DNA of 64,000 nucleotides from Octopus sinensis (Eukaryota): NCBI RefSeq assembly GCF_006345805.1, contig NC_042999.1, positions 158,348,001 to 158,412,000 of the forward strand, read 5' to 3'. Shown piece by piece: positions 37,901 to 51,460 of this stretch (position 1 is its first letter; each line of letters starts with the position of its first letter). The notes under the pieces were generated by a model. It saw only the letters and a program-made list of their open reading frames with translations, ran no database searches and was not told where the DNA came from. The position numbers and the translations under genes were made by a program.

Positions 37901-38417
37901 GTTGAGGATCGACTGTACCATTCTCAGTGTACCAGGATTGTTATAAATCATAGTCTTGGACCCTCCTTCTTTGCGTAGCTTACATACCTCTCAAAATCAA
38001 ACTAGTAATTCTCATAGAAAGAACGTAATTCTGACAAAATCCAATATCCTGTTCCCAAATATACATTTATTTAAAACAAACCATTATCTACCATTCTCCC
38101 TGCAAGAACAACTGATATTGATTTCCTTTGAAAAATATTCTAGTACAGACATTGAATCAACTTCAATGTATTACAAGAAATTAATCACAGCCTGCACATG
38201 AAAGCCAAAGCGAATCCCATTAAGATTAGGCGTGGAAAAAAGAATATATTCGAGAATGAGGTACTAAAGAGTAATGTATAAACATAGCGTCCGGTTTTGT
38301 ATCCAATCTACGACCACCCTCTTTGTTACCGTTCAGTAATTTACTTGCTTAGGTACAACACAATTTTCATGGTGTGTAGAACATTCCATTCTATCAACAG
38401 TGTTTATTTATTTATCG

Positions 38418-38800
38418 TGGAGGCGCAATGGCCCAGTGGTTAGGGCAGCGGACTCGCGGTCGTAGGATCGCGGTTTCGATTCCCAGACCGGGTGTTGTGA
38501 GTGTTTATTGAGCGAAAACACCTAAAGCTCCACGAGGCTCCGGCAGGGGATGGTGGTGATCCCTGCTGCATTCTTTCACCACAACTTTCTCTCACTCTTA
38601 CTTCCTGTTTCTGTTGTACCTGTATTTCAAAGGGCCGGCCTTGTCACTCTCTGTGTCACGCTGAATATCCCGAGAACTACGTTAAGGGTACACGTGTCTG
38701 TGGAGTGCTCAGCCACTTACACGTTAATTTCACGAGCAGGCTGTTCCGTTGATCGGATCAACCGGAACCCTCGTCGTCGTAACCGACGGAGTGCTTCCAT
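38418..38800 (+). mobile_element. tRNA-derived SINE family C (tail variant 3), full length
   Basis: ggaggcgcaatggcccagtggttagggcagcggactcgcggtcgtaggatcgcggtttcgattccc...ccctcgtcgtcgtaaccgacggagtgc; near-identical to 62437-62817. Confidence 0.92.
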
Positions 38801-39853
38801 CCCATTTATTTATCGACCGTGTTGGAACATGAATTAGCTGTGTTGTAATGCCAAATGTATATAACATAAAATATTTAAAATGTGGCTGTCTTATTAATTC
38901 CATTTTAGCAGATTTAGTATTAACGAAGTTCTCTATTGTTGTCTTATTTTCTTGGAAAATAATAACAAAACAATGAACAATGCTTTCTTTATCTGAAGTA
39001 TGTGCCGTAGCGGGTCAGATACAATCGTTTGATCTTAATTCTGTTTATAGATGGGTGAATAAAGTATTGATTTTTGACGGGAGAAAATCTGGATTATAAA
39101 ATCAGTACACTTGAATTGTCTCCCGTTAACGACGTAAGGATAATGGAAGTTTTTTTTTTTTTGATTTTCTATTTTACTTGACTTAATCAGAGAAGGAGCA
39201 GCATTATGAAACTTTCAAGAAATCTGAGACTTGTGGGAGAAAAGGTAGAAAATTATCTTTATACTTCAGACAATTATACTTAACTCTTGCAGTACAATGT
39301 AATCCATTAAAAGCACTCAAAGAAAGATGGTGGTGCAAAATTGGGCGACGGACGGACTGTCTACTTCCCAAGAACAAGAATAGTTTTTCTAGCTGGTTAT
39401 TACATAGTTTCCATTTACCAAATTTCACTCATAAAGATTTGTTTAATTTAAAGGTGCAAGACGCTTACTTAAGGTGCCATGTTGTAGGATTGAACCTTAA
39501 ACGGCGTAGTTACATTTAAAACTTCTGCACCACAAAACTATGCCTGCATGCATAATCCATACCTCTACTAGAGATCAGCGCTTTTCGTTAAGTAAATTCT
39601 CAATGATTTCAAGTCAGTCGTGGGTTCGACTTCTACTATGTCTTCAGTGGTTTGGATGAGTAATATATGTAAGAAATTTGAAAAGCTGAACGCGAAACCG
39701 GTCATTTCTTCCAAAACTATGTCATTGTATGAAAAAAATTTATAACATTCTTCTGACATAATGACTCAAATATATATTTTTTAACCTTTTAAAACAAGCC
39801 TTCTGTAGTTTTTTCACTTTTTTCACTTTTTACTATTTTATATATATAAGTCA

Positions 39854-39889
<36 letters not shown>

Positions 39890-40383
39890 CTGTGTGTGTG
39901 CGTGCACGTGTCAGTAACTACTGAATCTGAACCATCTTGTATTAAGAATTTGACTATTTAATCAATCAGAAATTTGCAGTTTTGTATTTCAGGTTTAATT
40001 ATCACTAAACTGTAATAACTTTCTATAATACATCATTTTGATTATATGATAATCAAAATAACATATTAAGTATAATGAGAGACATTTAAATGAAGGATAT
40101 GTTTTAAAACTGAAAACAGAGGATCATAAACTATTTTACAGAATATAGTGAATTAAGAGTATTACATTTAAATATTGAAATATAGAGGACTAACACAGCC
40201 TATTACTAGATGCTTTGTTAACAATGTACAGTATAAGGAAACTTTCAATTTTATTGTATTAGAAAAGTATATACTTGGAACCATAACTTTTAATAATGAA
40301 TTATATATATCGAGACAATCTTCAATTATAGGACAAATAAGTAAATTATGAATAATTCATATGTAAATAAATGGTTATTTCAG

Positions 40384-40538
40384 ATAATGGCTGCATATCA
40401 GAAGGCTAAATCGAACAAACTTTGGCGCCAACATAGTTATGCAATGGAGAATGAATACGAATATTTTGCTGTAGCAGCCGAGTCATTCTTTCACGACATT
40501 ATCCGAAAAGATGCTAAATCGACCGGTGGCATGAATAT
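40384..40538 (+). CDS. Metalloprotease gene, exon E, with catalytic Tyr and third zinc ligand (IMAAYQKAKSNKLWRQHSYAMENEYEYFAVAAESFFHDIIRKDAKSTGGMN)
   Basis: Acceptor ttatttcag, donor gtatgt at 40539. 155 nt, phase 0 start, phase 2 end. Confidence 0.9.
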
Positions 40539-41429
40539 GTATGTATACGTATCCTTCTATTATCTAGTTCCATACTTTATTTTGTCCGAAGTGGGAAATG
40601 TAGAAAACGTAATTTGACCATTCACCATTCACCATACATGTTTATATACATTATTTGCAACATAAATTAAAATCGTATTGAAAATAAACATCATAGTTTG
40701 TATTTGAAGAAATCGATAGTCTATATAAAGTTTGAGAAATTTTTCGTAATTTTTTATCTACGATTTTCCTCATAAATGAAGTAGTGAAAACGTTCTCTCA
40801 GTTATTTCGGAATAGAAAGGATTTAAAAATAAATTAAGTCGTATTCCTGATATATAATCCACAGCGCTATGGTTCCTGTTAAAAATCATTTTAGTGTACG
40901 GGATTTGAAATATAATGTTCAGATTTTTATTTTACTCATCGGTATCTTAAAAGTTGTCATTAAAATGATAAAAAAAAATTTCTGACAAAAGAATCTTTCC
41001 GTTAAATAATAAATAAAGAATCATAGCATTTTCGTATGTAAAGCTATTAATGTTTGTTTTATTATTTTATTATAGTGAAATATTGAATTTTCTGGAAATT
41101 TCTGTTGTATTCATAGTAAATCAAGATAGTGTCGTCTCTTGCTTGCAGACAATTTCTTATATCTATAGGGACAGTAAATACATGATCGTAAATAAGAATT
41201 TAAAAAAAAAGTCCAGTTTGAATCAACTTTTCAAATCACTTCGTTTACTAGTATAGTAACAGTATAGGCCGAATTCAATGTTAAGAAATGAAATAACTAT
41301 AAAACGCAATGTAAATTCGAACCATTGTTAAAAAAGGAAACCAAAGAATATATTGCAACAAAATTAAATTAATACCTCCCAGAGGAAAGCTTTCGTGGTG
41401 TATATTTCATGTTTCAAATGGCATATTCT

Positions 41430-41440
41430 GATAGACATGG

Positions 41441-41473
<33 letters not shown>

Positions 41474-41721
41474 ATATATATATATATTGTATATATATAT
41501 AATATATTATATATATATATGTATATATAGATATATATATATATATATTATATATATGTATATATATATATGTATATATATATATGTATATATATGTATA
41601 TATATATATATATGTATATATGTATATTATATGTATATATTATATGTATATATTTATATATATATGTATATATATGTATATATAATATTTATTATATATA
41701 TTATATATATGTATATATATG

Positions 41722-41752
<31 letters not shown>

Positions 41753-41890
41753 TTATATATATTATATATATATATGATATATATGTATATATATGTGTAT
41801 ATCTATTATGTATATATATGTGTATATCTATATATGTATAGATATATGTATATATATATTATGTATGTGTATGTGCGTGCGTGTATGCAT
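41430..41890. repeat. Long degenerate (TA)n/(TATG) array
   Basis: Direct reading; source of the YI-rich pseudo-ORFs. Confidence 0.95.
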
Positions 41891-42326
41891 GTACTATTTT
41901 TCACTATACGGTTATTTTCTAAAATTGAGTTATGCCAAGTGCCAGCAATAGCATTCTTGGTTGTAATGGAACAATGAAACTGGTTTACTGCAGTTAACTT
42001 TAATTCCAGCGAATTCAAAACAGCAACAAAAAATATACAACTCAAATTTGAAGAAAAATCTATGATTTTTAAGAGAAGCTTTAGAAAAGCGACACAAAAT
42101 TCAATTACTGAAGAGAGCTCAGCATACATTTTACTTCTGTAAACAGGTGCAGGAGTGATTGTGTGATTAAAAAGCTTATTTTGAAACCATGCGATTTCGG
42201 GTTCAATCCCATTGCATGATACCTTGAACAGGTGTCTTTTAGTATAGCTTCGGGTTGATCAATGCCTTCTGAATTTGGTTTAGGAAAACTCTGTGGTAAT
42301 GTATAGTACATATTCATACACACACA

Positions 42327-42376
<50 letters not shown>

Positions 42377-42404
42377 TATATATATATATATATCTATATA
42401 TATA

Positions 42405-42559
42405 TAGGGAGAGTTTACGAAAAACAAAAAGACGAAGACAGGTGGTGTACAAAACAAACAGATGTATTAGTAGTATAACGCTCAGAAATAGAAAACGTCT
42501 TTTACGTTTCGAACCTACGCTCTTCTACACAGAAGGGACGCAGAAAAACAAGGAGAGAA

Positions 42560-42560
<1 letters not shown>
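42405..42560 (-). mobile_element. Penelope-type terminal repeat fragment between (TA)n arrays
   Basis: Related to 27365-27555; minus strand ...agaagagcgtaggttcgaaacgtaaaagac. Confidence 0.5.
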
Positions 42561-42623
<63 letters not shown>

Positions 42624-42884
42624 TTCATACATATGTACATACATATATATATATATGCATATATATACATATATGTATGTGCGCAGAAGTGTGTGGGTGT
42701 TGTCAAGCGATGGGGATGGACAATCAGAAGCCTAAACACATACACCCACCCACTCACATCTACGCCCCTACATATATGTATATATGTATGTAACGTTAAA
42801 AGTTATTGTTAATAAAAATAATTGAGTAATTATAATTTGTAAGAGTAACTCTTCGCCTGTCTGTTTTCTTTAATAACCTCTGAA

Positions 42885-43030
42885 TTTGATTGTCCTTAGG
42901 GTCTGAGTTCAAATTCTGCCTTTCATTCTTTCGAGATCGATAAAATAAGTACCAATTGAATAGGGCGGTCGATGTAATTGACTTACTCACTCACCCGAAA
43001 TTGCTGGCCTTGTGCCAAAATTTGGAAAGC
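42885..43030 (+). mobile_element. SINE family B variant, partial
   Basis: gagttcaaattc...gataaaataagtaccaattga...gctggccttgtgccaaaatttg. Confidence 0.7.
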
Positions 43031-43509
43031 AATATCTGTATTGCGATAGTTTAATCGTCGGAACTTTAGAGAATGATACGTACATATGCAGCATACTAGT
43101 TCCATTAATTTTGAGAAATTTCTGTATTTATTTCACGAGAGAAAGTTGTATACCTGTCGAGAGGTACATATTAGGGGATTCTATAGAACAATCAATGTAT
43201 TTGATTAATTAGATCGAGTCTATCAGTTAACGAACATAGTTACGTAATAACCGTGCTAACATTATTTCTGATTGTAAAGAGAAACAGACTAAGTGACGCA
43301 TGGAAAATGATAAATGTAGAACAGTCCGAACTGCATGGGAACAACTTGAGATATCCTCATTATAGTAAGCTGATGTTTGATCTTATATTTCAACAAGTAT
43401 TTTAGCTAGAACAACTGGATGATTGCTATTTGCCACTGCTACGTGAATGAAGAGTTTTTCTTGTTTCATTTTATCTGAAAATAGTTTCGATTTTGTACAC
43501 ATTCATCTC

Positions 43510-43899
43510 TTTACTCTTTTACTCTTTTACTTGTTTCAGTCATTTGACTGCGGCCATGCTGGAGCACCGCCTTTAGTCGAGCAAATCGACCCCGGGACTT
43601 ATTCTTTTTAAGCCCAGTACTTATTCTATCGGTCTCTTTTGCCGAACCGCTAAGTGACGGGGACATACACACACCAGCATCGGTTGTCAAGCAATTCTAG
43701 GGGGACAAACACAGACACATAAATATATATACATATATACGACAGGCTTCTTTCAGTTTCCGTCTACCAAATCCACTCACAAGACATTGGTCGGCCCGGG
43801 GCTATAGCAGAAGACACTTGCCGAAGATGCCACGCAGTGGGACTGAACCCGGAACCATGTGGTTAGTTAGCAAGCTACTTACCACACAGCCACTCCTGT
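43510..43899 (-). mobile_element. SINE family A
   Basis: Reverse complement of the 7811-8203 pattern. Confidence 0.92.
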
Positions 43900-44359
43900 C
43901 AATATGACTTGTAAACATTCATGGAATAAGTAAATTCTATCTTAGAGACATGCGCATAAATGTTCTTCCTAATATAAGCAAAAAGCGAGCAGTTTTGAGG
44001 GGAGAGGAGGGCAAATACCTGACTGATACTTAATTTTATTGAATCCAAAAGCATTAAAGGCGAAGCCGACCTTGGCGGTATTTGAACTCATAAAGTGTCG
44101 CAAGAAATGTCAGCTCCCTCTCTTCACTAGGACATTAATTTAGCAACAGTGGGGGAGGGATGAGGAAAAAGCTGCTCAAAACGTATCGTTTTGCCAATGT
44201 ACAAGTTGGTAGCTAATAGACCAAAACGTTATTGTATCAGCAAAATTTATTCGAAAGCATTTAGGCGTATAATAATATCCTACGTTATGTAAATGAAAAC
44301 CTATTTCGAATTTATTACCAGGACAAAACAATTATTAAAATATGCGTACACACACATAT

Positions 44360-44430
44360 ATGAATGTATGTATGCCTAAACATGTATATAAATATATGCA
44401 GATATATATGTACGCATGTAATTATATATA

Positions 44431-44491
<61 letters not shown>

Positions 44492-44731
44492 TATATATAT
44501 TATATATATATGTATGTATATTGTTGTACTTCGGTATGGTCATTTTATGATTGCTATTATTTTTATTTTTTGCCAAATAATAATAAACAAAATGATCATC
44601 CCGAAGTACAATAATATCAGCTTCAACACACGTTTTGATATCTTCCAAAACGAATTTGTAAACATGCACACACACACACACACACACACCACACACACAC
44701 ACATATATATATATATAATATATATATATAT

Positions 44732-44774
<43 letters not shown>

Positions 44775-44799
44775 TATATATATATATATATATATATAT

Positions 44800-44836
<37 letters not shown>

Positions 44837-44912
44837 TATGTATATATATATATATATTATTATATATATATATGCATATGTATATATATTATTATATATA
44901 ATATATATATGC

Positions 44913-44989
<77 letters not shown>

Positions 44990-45010
44990 GTATATTTGTA
45001 TATACATTTC
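44360..45010. repeat. Long (TA)n arrays with unique spacer
   Basis: Direct reading. Confidence 0.9.
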
Positions 45011-45999
45011 TATCTATCTTTGTATCTGTTTCTCTCTATCTCTCTTTTTCGCACTATCTATATTCATATTCTGTTGCAAGCAATCCAATTTCATTCACAT
45101 CCGCTTTTAAGAGTCAGCAATTATCTGTAGTTGGAGATAATTAGTATATTGTGATGATAATGGAAAATGCAATAAGCAGAAGGTAAGAGGAATTCATTGA
45201 ACCCCCAAGAAAAGTAGAAACTCTGCTGTCGTAATTATACTTTAATTCTTGTAAGAAAATATTCGTTCCCGGTCGTGTTCTGCTTTAAACTAATTATACG
45301 TTTTCATTCCGTTAGGCAGTTTTCCACAAATTAATTGTTATATATATGGAGTAGAGAAATTTAATTTTATATATCCAGGAACAAAATTCATGAGGATACA
45401 GCTGAGGAACTGCACTTCCTTCTAACCTGTCGCTGCAATCTAACACATCCGATTAACGAGGAAAAAAATTAGTTTGACATTAACAAAATTATATTCAGTT
45501 TGCAGGATCGTCATTGACACGATGCACTCCTTCATACAATACTGTATAAACATTTTACAAACTTTTGTCAGTTTGAGACATTTACAGCGTTATTTAAAAG
45601 GATATTTTACCTACAACGATGGGAGATTGTAGGAAACATGGAATAAGTTGGTGCGCGACTTTTATAACGTACTCGATACTAATAATTTAATTAAAAGGAA
45701 TTTTGGAGGGCATGGTGAGTGGACCTCCCTTCGAAAATGACGTATAAGTGTTCAGTAATGAAGACAGAAGCTACTCTAACAAACATGAAGTAACAAGGGC
45801 GCAACATTTAGGCGAATGACCCGTTGAAATGGAAGGTTACAGGGTTCCATCACAGAGAATGACACATACAGAAAAATATACCATCTACACATAAGAATCA
45901 TACAATACAGTTCAATACAGTTTATTTTTTTTCATTATTTACATTTTAACTGTATATATATAACAATTCTGCTATGTAGTGTTAATTATAACAGTGTAC

Positions 46000-46418
46000 G
46001 TACTCTCTCTCTCTCTTTACTCTTTTACTTGTTTCAGTCATTTGACTGCGGCCATGCTGGAGCACCACCTTTAGTCGAGCAAATCGACCCCGGAACTTAT
46101 TCTTTGTAAGCCCAGTACTTATTCTATCGGTCTCTTTTTGCCGAACCGCTAAGTGACTGGGGCGTAAACACACCAGCATCGGTTGTCAAGCAATGCTAGG
46201 GGGACAAACACAGACACACAAACATACACACACACACATATATATATATACATATATACGACGGGCTTCTTTCAGTTTCCGTCTACTAAATCCACACACA
46301 AGGCTTTGGTTGGCTCGAGGCTAGAGTAGAAGACACTTGCCCAAGATGCCACGCAGTGGGACTGAACCCGGAACCACGTGGTTGGTAAGCAAGCTACTTA
46401 CCACACAGCCACTCCTGT
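46000..46418 (-). mobile_element. SINE family A
   Basis: Reverse complement of the family A pattern. Confidence 0.92.
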
Positions 46419-47242
46419 ACAGCTAAAATTTCTACAATATAGTTAATTTGTTTTCATTATTTACAGTTTTTATATGTAGAAGTACTTTCATTCAATTTGC
46501 TGACTACGCATATGCATTTTGAGTCCTGAAGAAGTTTTACACAAACAACTACAAGTTGCACATGTCAGATTTTCAGCAGATTGCGCATAGCAATAGCTAG
46601 TTAACCCCCAACATTTGATCTGGCGGTAAAGTTTCAAGTGGCGAACTGGCAGAATCGTTAGCATGCTGGGCGAAATGCATAGCCGTAATCCGTCTGCCGT
46701 TACGTGCTGTATATCAGCACACACCCTCATGATGACACGCTTAGCCACACATATCTTCTCTCTGCATACACATACCCACACAGACACATACCACCATTCA
46801 TATACCATCTTATCTCTGTGACATACACACCCAAAATCATTCTCAAATATTTGTCTTTTTTTGTGACTTTGTTTTTGACCCACGATATATTCGCACTCTT
46901 ACACAAGTCTTCTCAGTCAAACTTTCTCCCTCCTCGCCTTTCCCACTTTACCTTACCACTGTTCCACATTTTCCGTCACAGCTTCTTTGGCCCGTGAACT
47001 CTCCCTCTCTCCCTCCCTCTCTCCCTCTTTTCTTCACACACAAAATTCACAAACATACGCACAAATACACCCACACTTTCTTGTCCTGTTTACTCATCCT
47101 GTTACTTCCCATTCTCTTCAGTCTTCAATTGAAGTGATTTCCTTCCCGTCTACTAGTCCGTTTGCATACATATCAATACATACATACATAATAGATACAT
47201 ACAGCTATACATCCATCCATACATATATATACACACATATAT

Positions 47243-47301
<59 letters not shown>

Positions 47302-47303
<2 letters not shown>

Positions 47304-47459
47304 TTATTTAAAGCAGCAGAAAATTCAACAAAATCTGTTACTCTGAGTTTCTCGTTGCCGTTCATCAGACAGTTTTTGCTAGCAAAAACTGTCTGATGAA
47401 CGGCAACGAGAAGCTCAGAGTAACAGATTTTGTTGAATTTTCTGCTGCTTCAAATAAAG
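47302..47459. repeat. 158-bp loopless palindrome (79-bp arms, 2 mismatches), Penelope-type terminal repeat
   Basis: Centre tttttgct|agcaaaaa at 47380/47381; arms compared base by base. Confidence 0.92.
47331..47378 (-). ncRNA. Minimal type I hammerhead-ribozyme fold (mirror copy on + at about 47383-47430 carries GAAA>GAAG)
   Basis: aaaaactgt-CTGATGA-a cg gcaa cg a-GAAA-ctc a gag-TA-acagatttt. Stem I ctgt/acag, near-loopless stem III actc/gagt, GUA cleavage triplet. Confidence 0.6.
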
Positions 47460-47528
47460 CATATTACTCTACCACTGGTATTTGAGTACTCTTTTTTCCA
47501 CCTTGTTTCACATTTATGTGTTTACTCC

Positions 47529-47575
<47 letters not shown>

Positions 47576-47858
47576 GAGATTTAGGATTAAATCCAATTTT
47601 ATAGTATAAATATATTATTATATTATATTATATTAAATTAGAGATTAAAACCACTATTAGGCAAATCAAACAGTGAAAAACATAAGCCAATACATAAAAT
47701 TAATTTAAAATATAAAAGTTAAAAATAAAAAAAATATTTAAATAATTTAAACTTATAAATTTTATATATATATACAAATATATATATATGTATGTATGTA
47801 TATTTTTATATTAATATATTATTTTAATTATAATTAATTAATTAATTAATTATTTATT

Positions 47859-47949
<91 letters not shown>

Positions 47950-47950
<1 letters not shown>

Positions 47951-48245
47951 CACGGACTCGTGGTTGGGTGTTGCATTCACGGTCTAGTGATCGTGGCTCC
48001 AATTCCTGGATCGACTTGTGCGTTGTGTTCCTGACCAAAACACGTCATCTCGCGTTGCTCTGCGATCACTTTGACACCTGACGCCTGGTACACACTGCAC
48101 CTATTCAGTCAACGTGGATTTAATAGAATGAGTTAGCTAATATGAGACACGGGCATTTGATCCACTATAAACAAATCGTTTTTGCACGTCGTTCGGGGGA
48201 AAAACTGAACGTTCATACGTCGTCTTCGATGGGAGAGGCCATCAT
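47950..48245 (+). mobile_element. Diverged tRNA-derived SINE (fourth family)
   Basis: Degenerate tRNA-like head ggactcgtggttgggtgttgcattcacggtc...ccaattcctgg followed by ttgtgttcctgaccaaaacac. Confidence 0.45.
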
Positions 48246-48789
48246 ACATATAATATTACTATTATCCCGATGTATGCTGTTCCTGAAGAGTATGACAGTA
48301 TATCAGCATATGAGATTTGTGATATTGGTTTCAATCATTCTTCCAATACATTATTGGAATCGACATGTCTAATCGCAGTGTTTGTAATTAGTTATCTTGA
48401 GACATTGAAATATACTAAATGAGAATTTAACTCTAAGAATATTTAGTAACATTTCAGATAATTTAAGGAGACAAGAAATAAGTATAAAATGTTGGCATAT
48501 TAATTTCACTTATATATTCTATAATGTAATAGTGATTGTCAAATGTTATCATCAGTCATTATAGGTGCATGGGTCTGTTCGTATTTCACTTTAATCAAAC
48601 GAAACCAAATTGTTGTAAACTAACTAATATCATTAAATTAGTTATTCCCCACAGCAAATAATGAGAACCTTTCCTGCTGTTCATTACCATTACGTATATA
48701 TGCAAAACGAAACATGTTATTTTACGAGCATAAATATATCCATACATGTACATTCATGTATACTCTTTTACATTCATATACATTCATGT

Positions 48790-49190
48790 ATACTCTTTTA
48801 CTTGTTTCAGTCATTTGACTGTGGCCATGCTGGAGCACCACCTTTTAGTCGAGCAAATCGACCCCCAGCACTTATTCTTTGTAAGCCTAGTCCTTATTCT
48901 ATCGGTCTTTTTTGCCGAACCGCTAAGTTACGGGAACGTAAGCACACCAACATCGGTTGTCAAGCAATGCTAAGGGGACAAACACAGACACATAAACACA
49001 CACACGCATATATATATATATATACATATATTCGATGGCTTCTTTCAGTTTCCGTCTACCAAATCCACTCACAAGGCTTTGGTCGGCCCGAGGCTATAGT
49101 AGAAGACACTTGCCCAAGGTGCCACGCAGTGGGACTGAACCCGGAACCATGTGGTTGGAAAAAAAGCTACTTACCACACAGCCACTCCTA
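48790..49190 (-). mobile_element. SINE family A
   Basis: Reverse complement of the family A pattern. Confidence 0.92.
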
Positions 49191-49732
49191 ATTATTTTGA
49201 TATTTTTTATGAGTGTATTTTCTCCTTAAATTTTCCGAGATGTTGCTAAATATTCTTAGGAAGAGTTAGATTCACATACTGTATATTTCAATACCTCAAG
49301 CTAGTTAATTAGTAACATCAGTTCAAACTATTTGTAACACCGCAATTAGTAACATCAGTTCAAATTATGCACTGAAATAAAGTTTAAAATCAATATCACA
49401 AATCCCATATGCTAATATCCTGTCATACGCTACAAGCATTCTTTGGGATATTAGTAATATTTTATTCTGAAATGTGATAACGTTTGAGCATAAAGCGTTA
49501 TGCTCAAATTGAAACAGGATTCTTATGCAAGCCAATTAAATTCCCGTTTATAAAGTCATGAATATCAGAACAACCTCTTCAGTGCTAGGTATTTCCTTTT
49601 TTTTTTTTAAATACAATAATTAAAAACAAACTGATTTTTCTAAATTTTCTTGCAGAATAAATTGTATGTGCCTTTGTTAACTAATATTGTATGTGTCTTT
49701 GTTAACAGTAAAATCGTTTTCCTTTTGTTCAG

Positions 49733-49880
49733 ATGTAAAAATCAACGGATTTGCTCGGATGAAATGAAAGCAAGACAGTTCCTTCGACGTCACGATCCGG
49801 GTATTTTTTATTGCCTGTCCTACGCGTTTACTGATGACCGTTCATGGCGAATTTCGGGTCTTAAGCCTTGTATGAGATGA
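49733..49880 (+). CDS. Metalloprotease gene, terminal exon F (CKNQRICSDEMKARQFLRRHDPGIFYCLSYAFTDDRSWRISGLKPCMR*)
   Basis: Acceptor ttccttttgttcag. Phase fits exon E (at+a = Ile). R..L..HDP..F matches the terminal helix of this protease group. TGA at 49878-49880. Confidence 0.82.
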
Positions 49881-49896
49881 AATTTGCATGATTTCC

Positions 49897-49961
49897 AATA
49901 AAAAAAAAGCTTTCGCAAATGATAACTGATAATTACAAAACACGAATACTAATACAATAAA
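49897..49961 (+). promoter_or_regulatory. Candidate polyadenylation signals
   Basis: AATAAA at 49897 and 49956, downstream of the stop; the AT-rich context makes chance hits likely. Confidence 0.3.
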
Positions 49962-51099
49962 GAATATAGCTACGTTGACATGCATATTTATATATGGAAG
50001 CCACTTTATTTAAATTTAGTTCCTTTATAGATAGAAATGCTTACGGACAACTTTACAAACTCAAACAACATATGGTTTTCTTTGTAATGGACATTAATGA
50101 AAATTCTTATATAAAGAAAAAAAACAAAATGCTAATAATGAATATTTAACCGGGACATTTCGTTGCCATTCATCCTTGATATGGCTTTCAGCAAGAATAG
50201 ATGTGATATAGAACATTATAAAGACAACTTTGAGTTTATACATAGTCACGGCTTAATATTGTAATAATTGTTATTGCTTGTTGTATCATATAATGAGACA
50301 ATGTTTATCCTGTTGAAGCTAAGTTCTCGGCAAACAACGTCTCTGATCCTGTTAATAATGTTCTTGTTTGCAAGCTTTTATTTTCCTTTTTTTTAGATAA
50401 TATCACCTACAAAAAAAAGAAAAAAAAACAGTAAAGAAAAGAAAAACTAGGAAACTTGTTAGTTTCCCACCACGTAATGAATTTAGCAAGATTGATAACA
50501 AATTACTTTATACGAGTAGGAACATAATTCACTAGTTATCTGAATTATATTTTTATCATTCGGAGTAAATAGGATTTTTTCTGAGTTTATATTATGCACG
50601 CTGAAACTAAAGTACGAAGGCAAAACAGTTAAAAAGAAAATTTCGGAAACTAAGTTGATAAAAGATTTATATTATACTTATTGAAATTTATACACTAAAT
50701 TTATAAGAGGCAATAAAATAATAAAACTTTACAAGGAAAATAGAGTAAATATATGACACGATAATCTTTATTAAAAATATGCTACAGAAAAGGAAAGTAA
50801 TATTCGTCTATTTTACTCTAGCGAAACACTTCGTTTATTGCAAGTGCACAAATAATATTTATCAAAAATAATTCGTTTTTCTGTTGAGATCATGAAAAAA
50901 TAAACTAAAATTATCTATTACAGTATATCAATATTTTTCATAACATCATAAAAAATAACATAAAAGAAGAAGCAGGTATTTCGGGGGTTCCATAGTAAGA
51001 GATTGCGTTAATATAAACAGTTCTTATCTATGAGATAACGTTTGCAATTACAACATACACCTACACACACAGACAGACACACAGACACACATACAGAGG

Positions 51100-51165
<66 letters not shown>

Positions 51166-51202
51166 TGTGTCTGTGTGTAGGTATGTGTGTATATATATAT
51201 AT

Positions 51203-51425
51203 GCGAGCTGGCAGAAACGTTAGCGCGCCGGGCGAAATGCGTAGCCGTATTTCATCTGTCGTTACGTTCCGAGTTACAAATTCCGCCGAGGTCGACTTTG
51301 CCTTTCATTCTTTCAGGGTCGATAAATTAAGTACCAGTTACGCACTGGGGTCGATGTAATCGACTTAATCCGTTTGTCTGTCCTTGTTTGTCCCCTCTGT
51401 GTTTAGCTCCTTGTGGGTAGTAAAG

Positions 51426-51430
<5 letters not shown>
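51203..51430 (+). mobile_element. SINE family B
   Basis: Full family B pattern. Confidence 0.9.

Positions 51431-51460
<30 letters not shown>

Noticed and set aside
38418-38490. tRNA gene calls at SINE heads
   Set aside because: A- and B-box-like motifs are present, but they continue into SINE bodies and lack a complete acceptor stem.
42490-42535. Hammerhead in the 42.4/27.4 kb repeat (tagaaga-gcgtaggttc-GAAACGTA)
   Set aside because: The palindromic ACGT is present, but the core deviates at two positions and no stem I pairing was found.
41409-45130. Long YI/CV/HT-rich ORFs in the track (also near 21.1-21.8, 32.0-32.4, 34.0-34.6 and 63.4-63.8 kb)
   Set aside because: They are translations of (TA)n, (TG)n and (TACA)n microsatellites, not genes.
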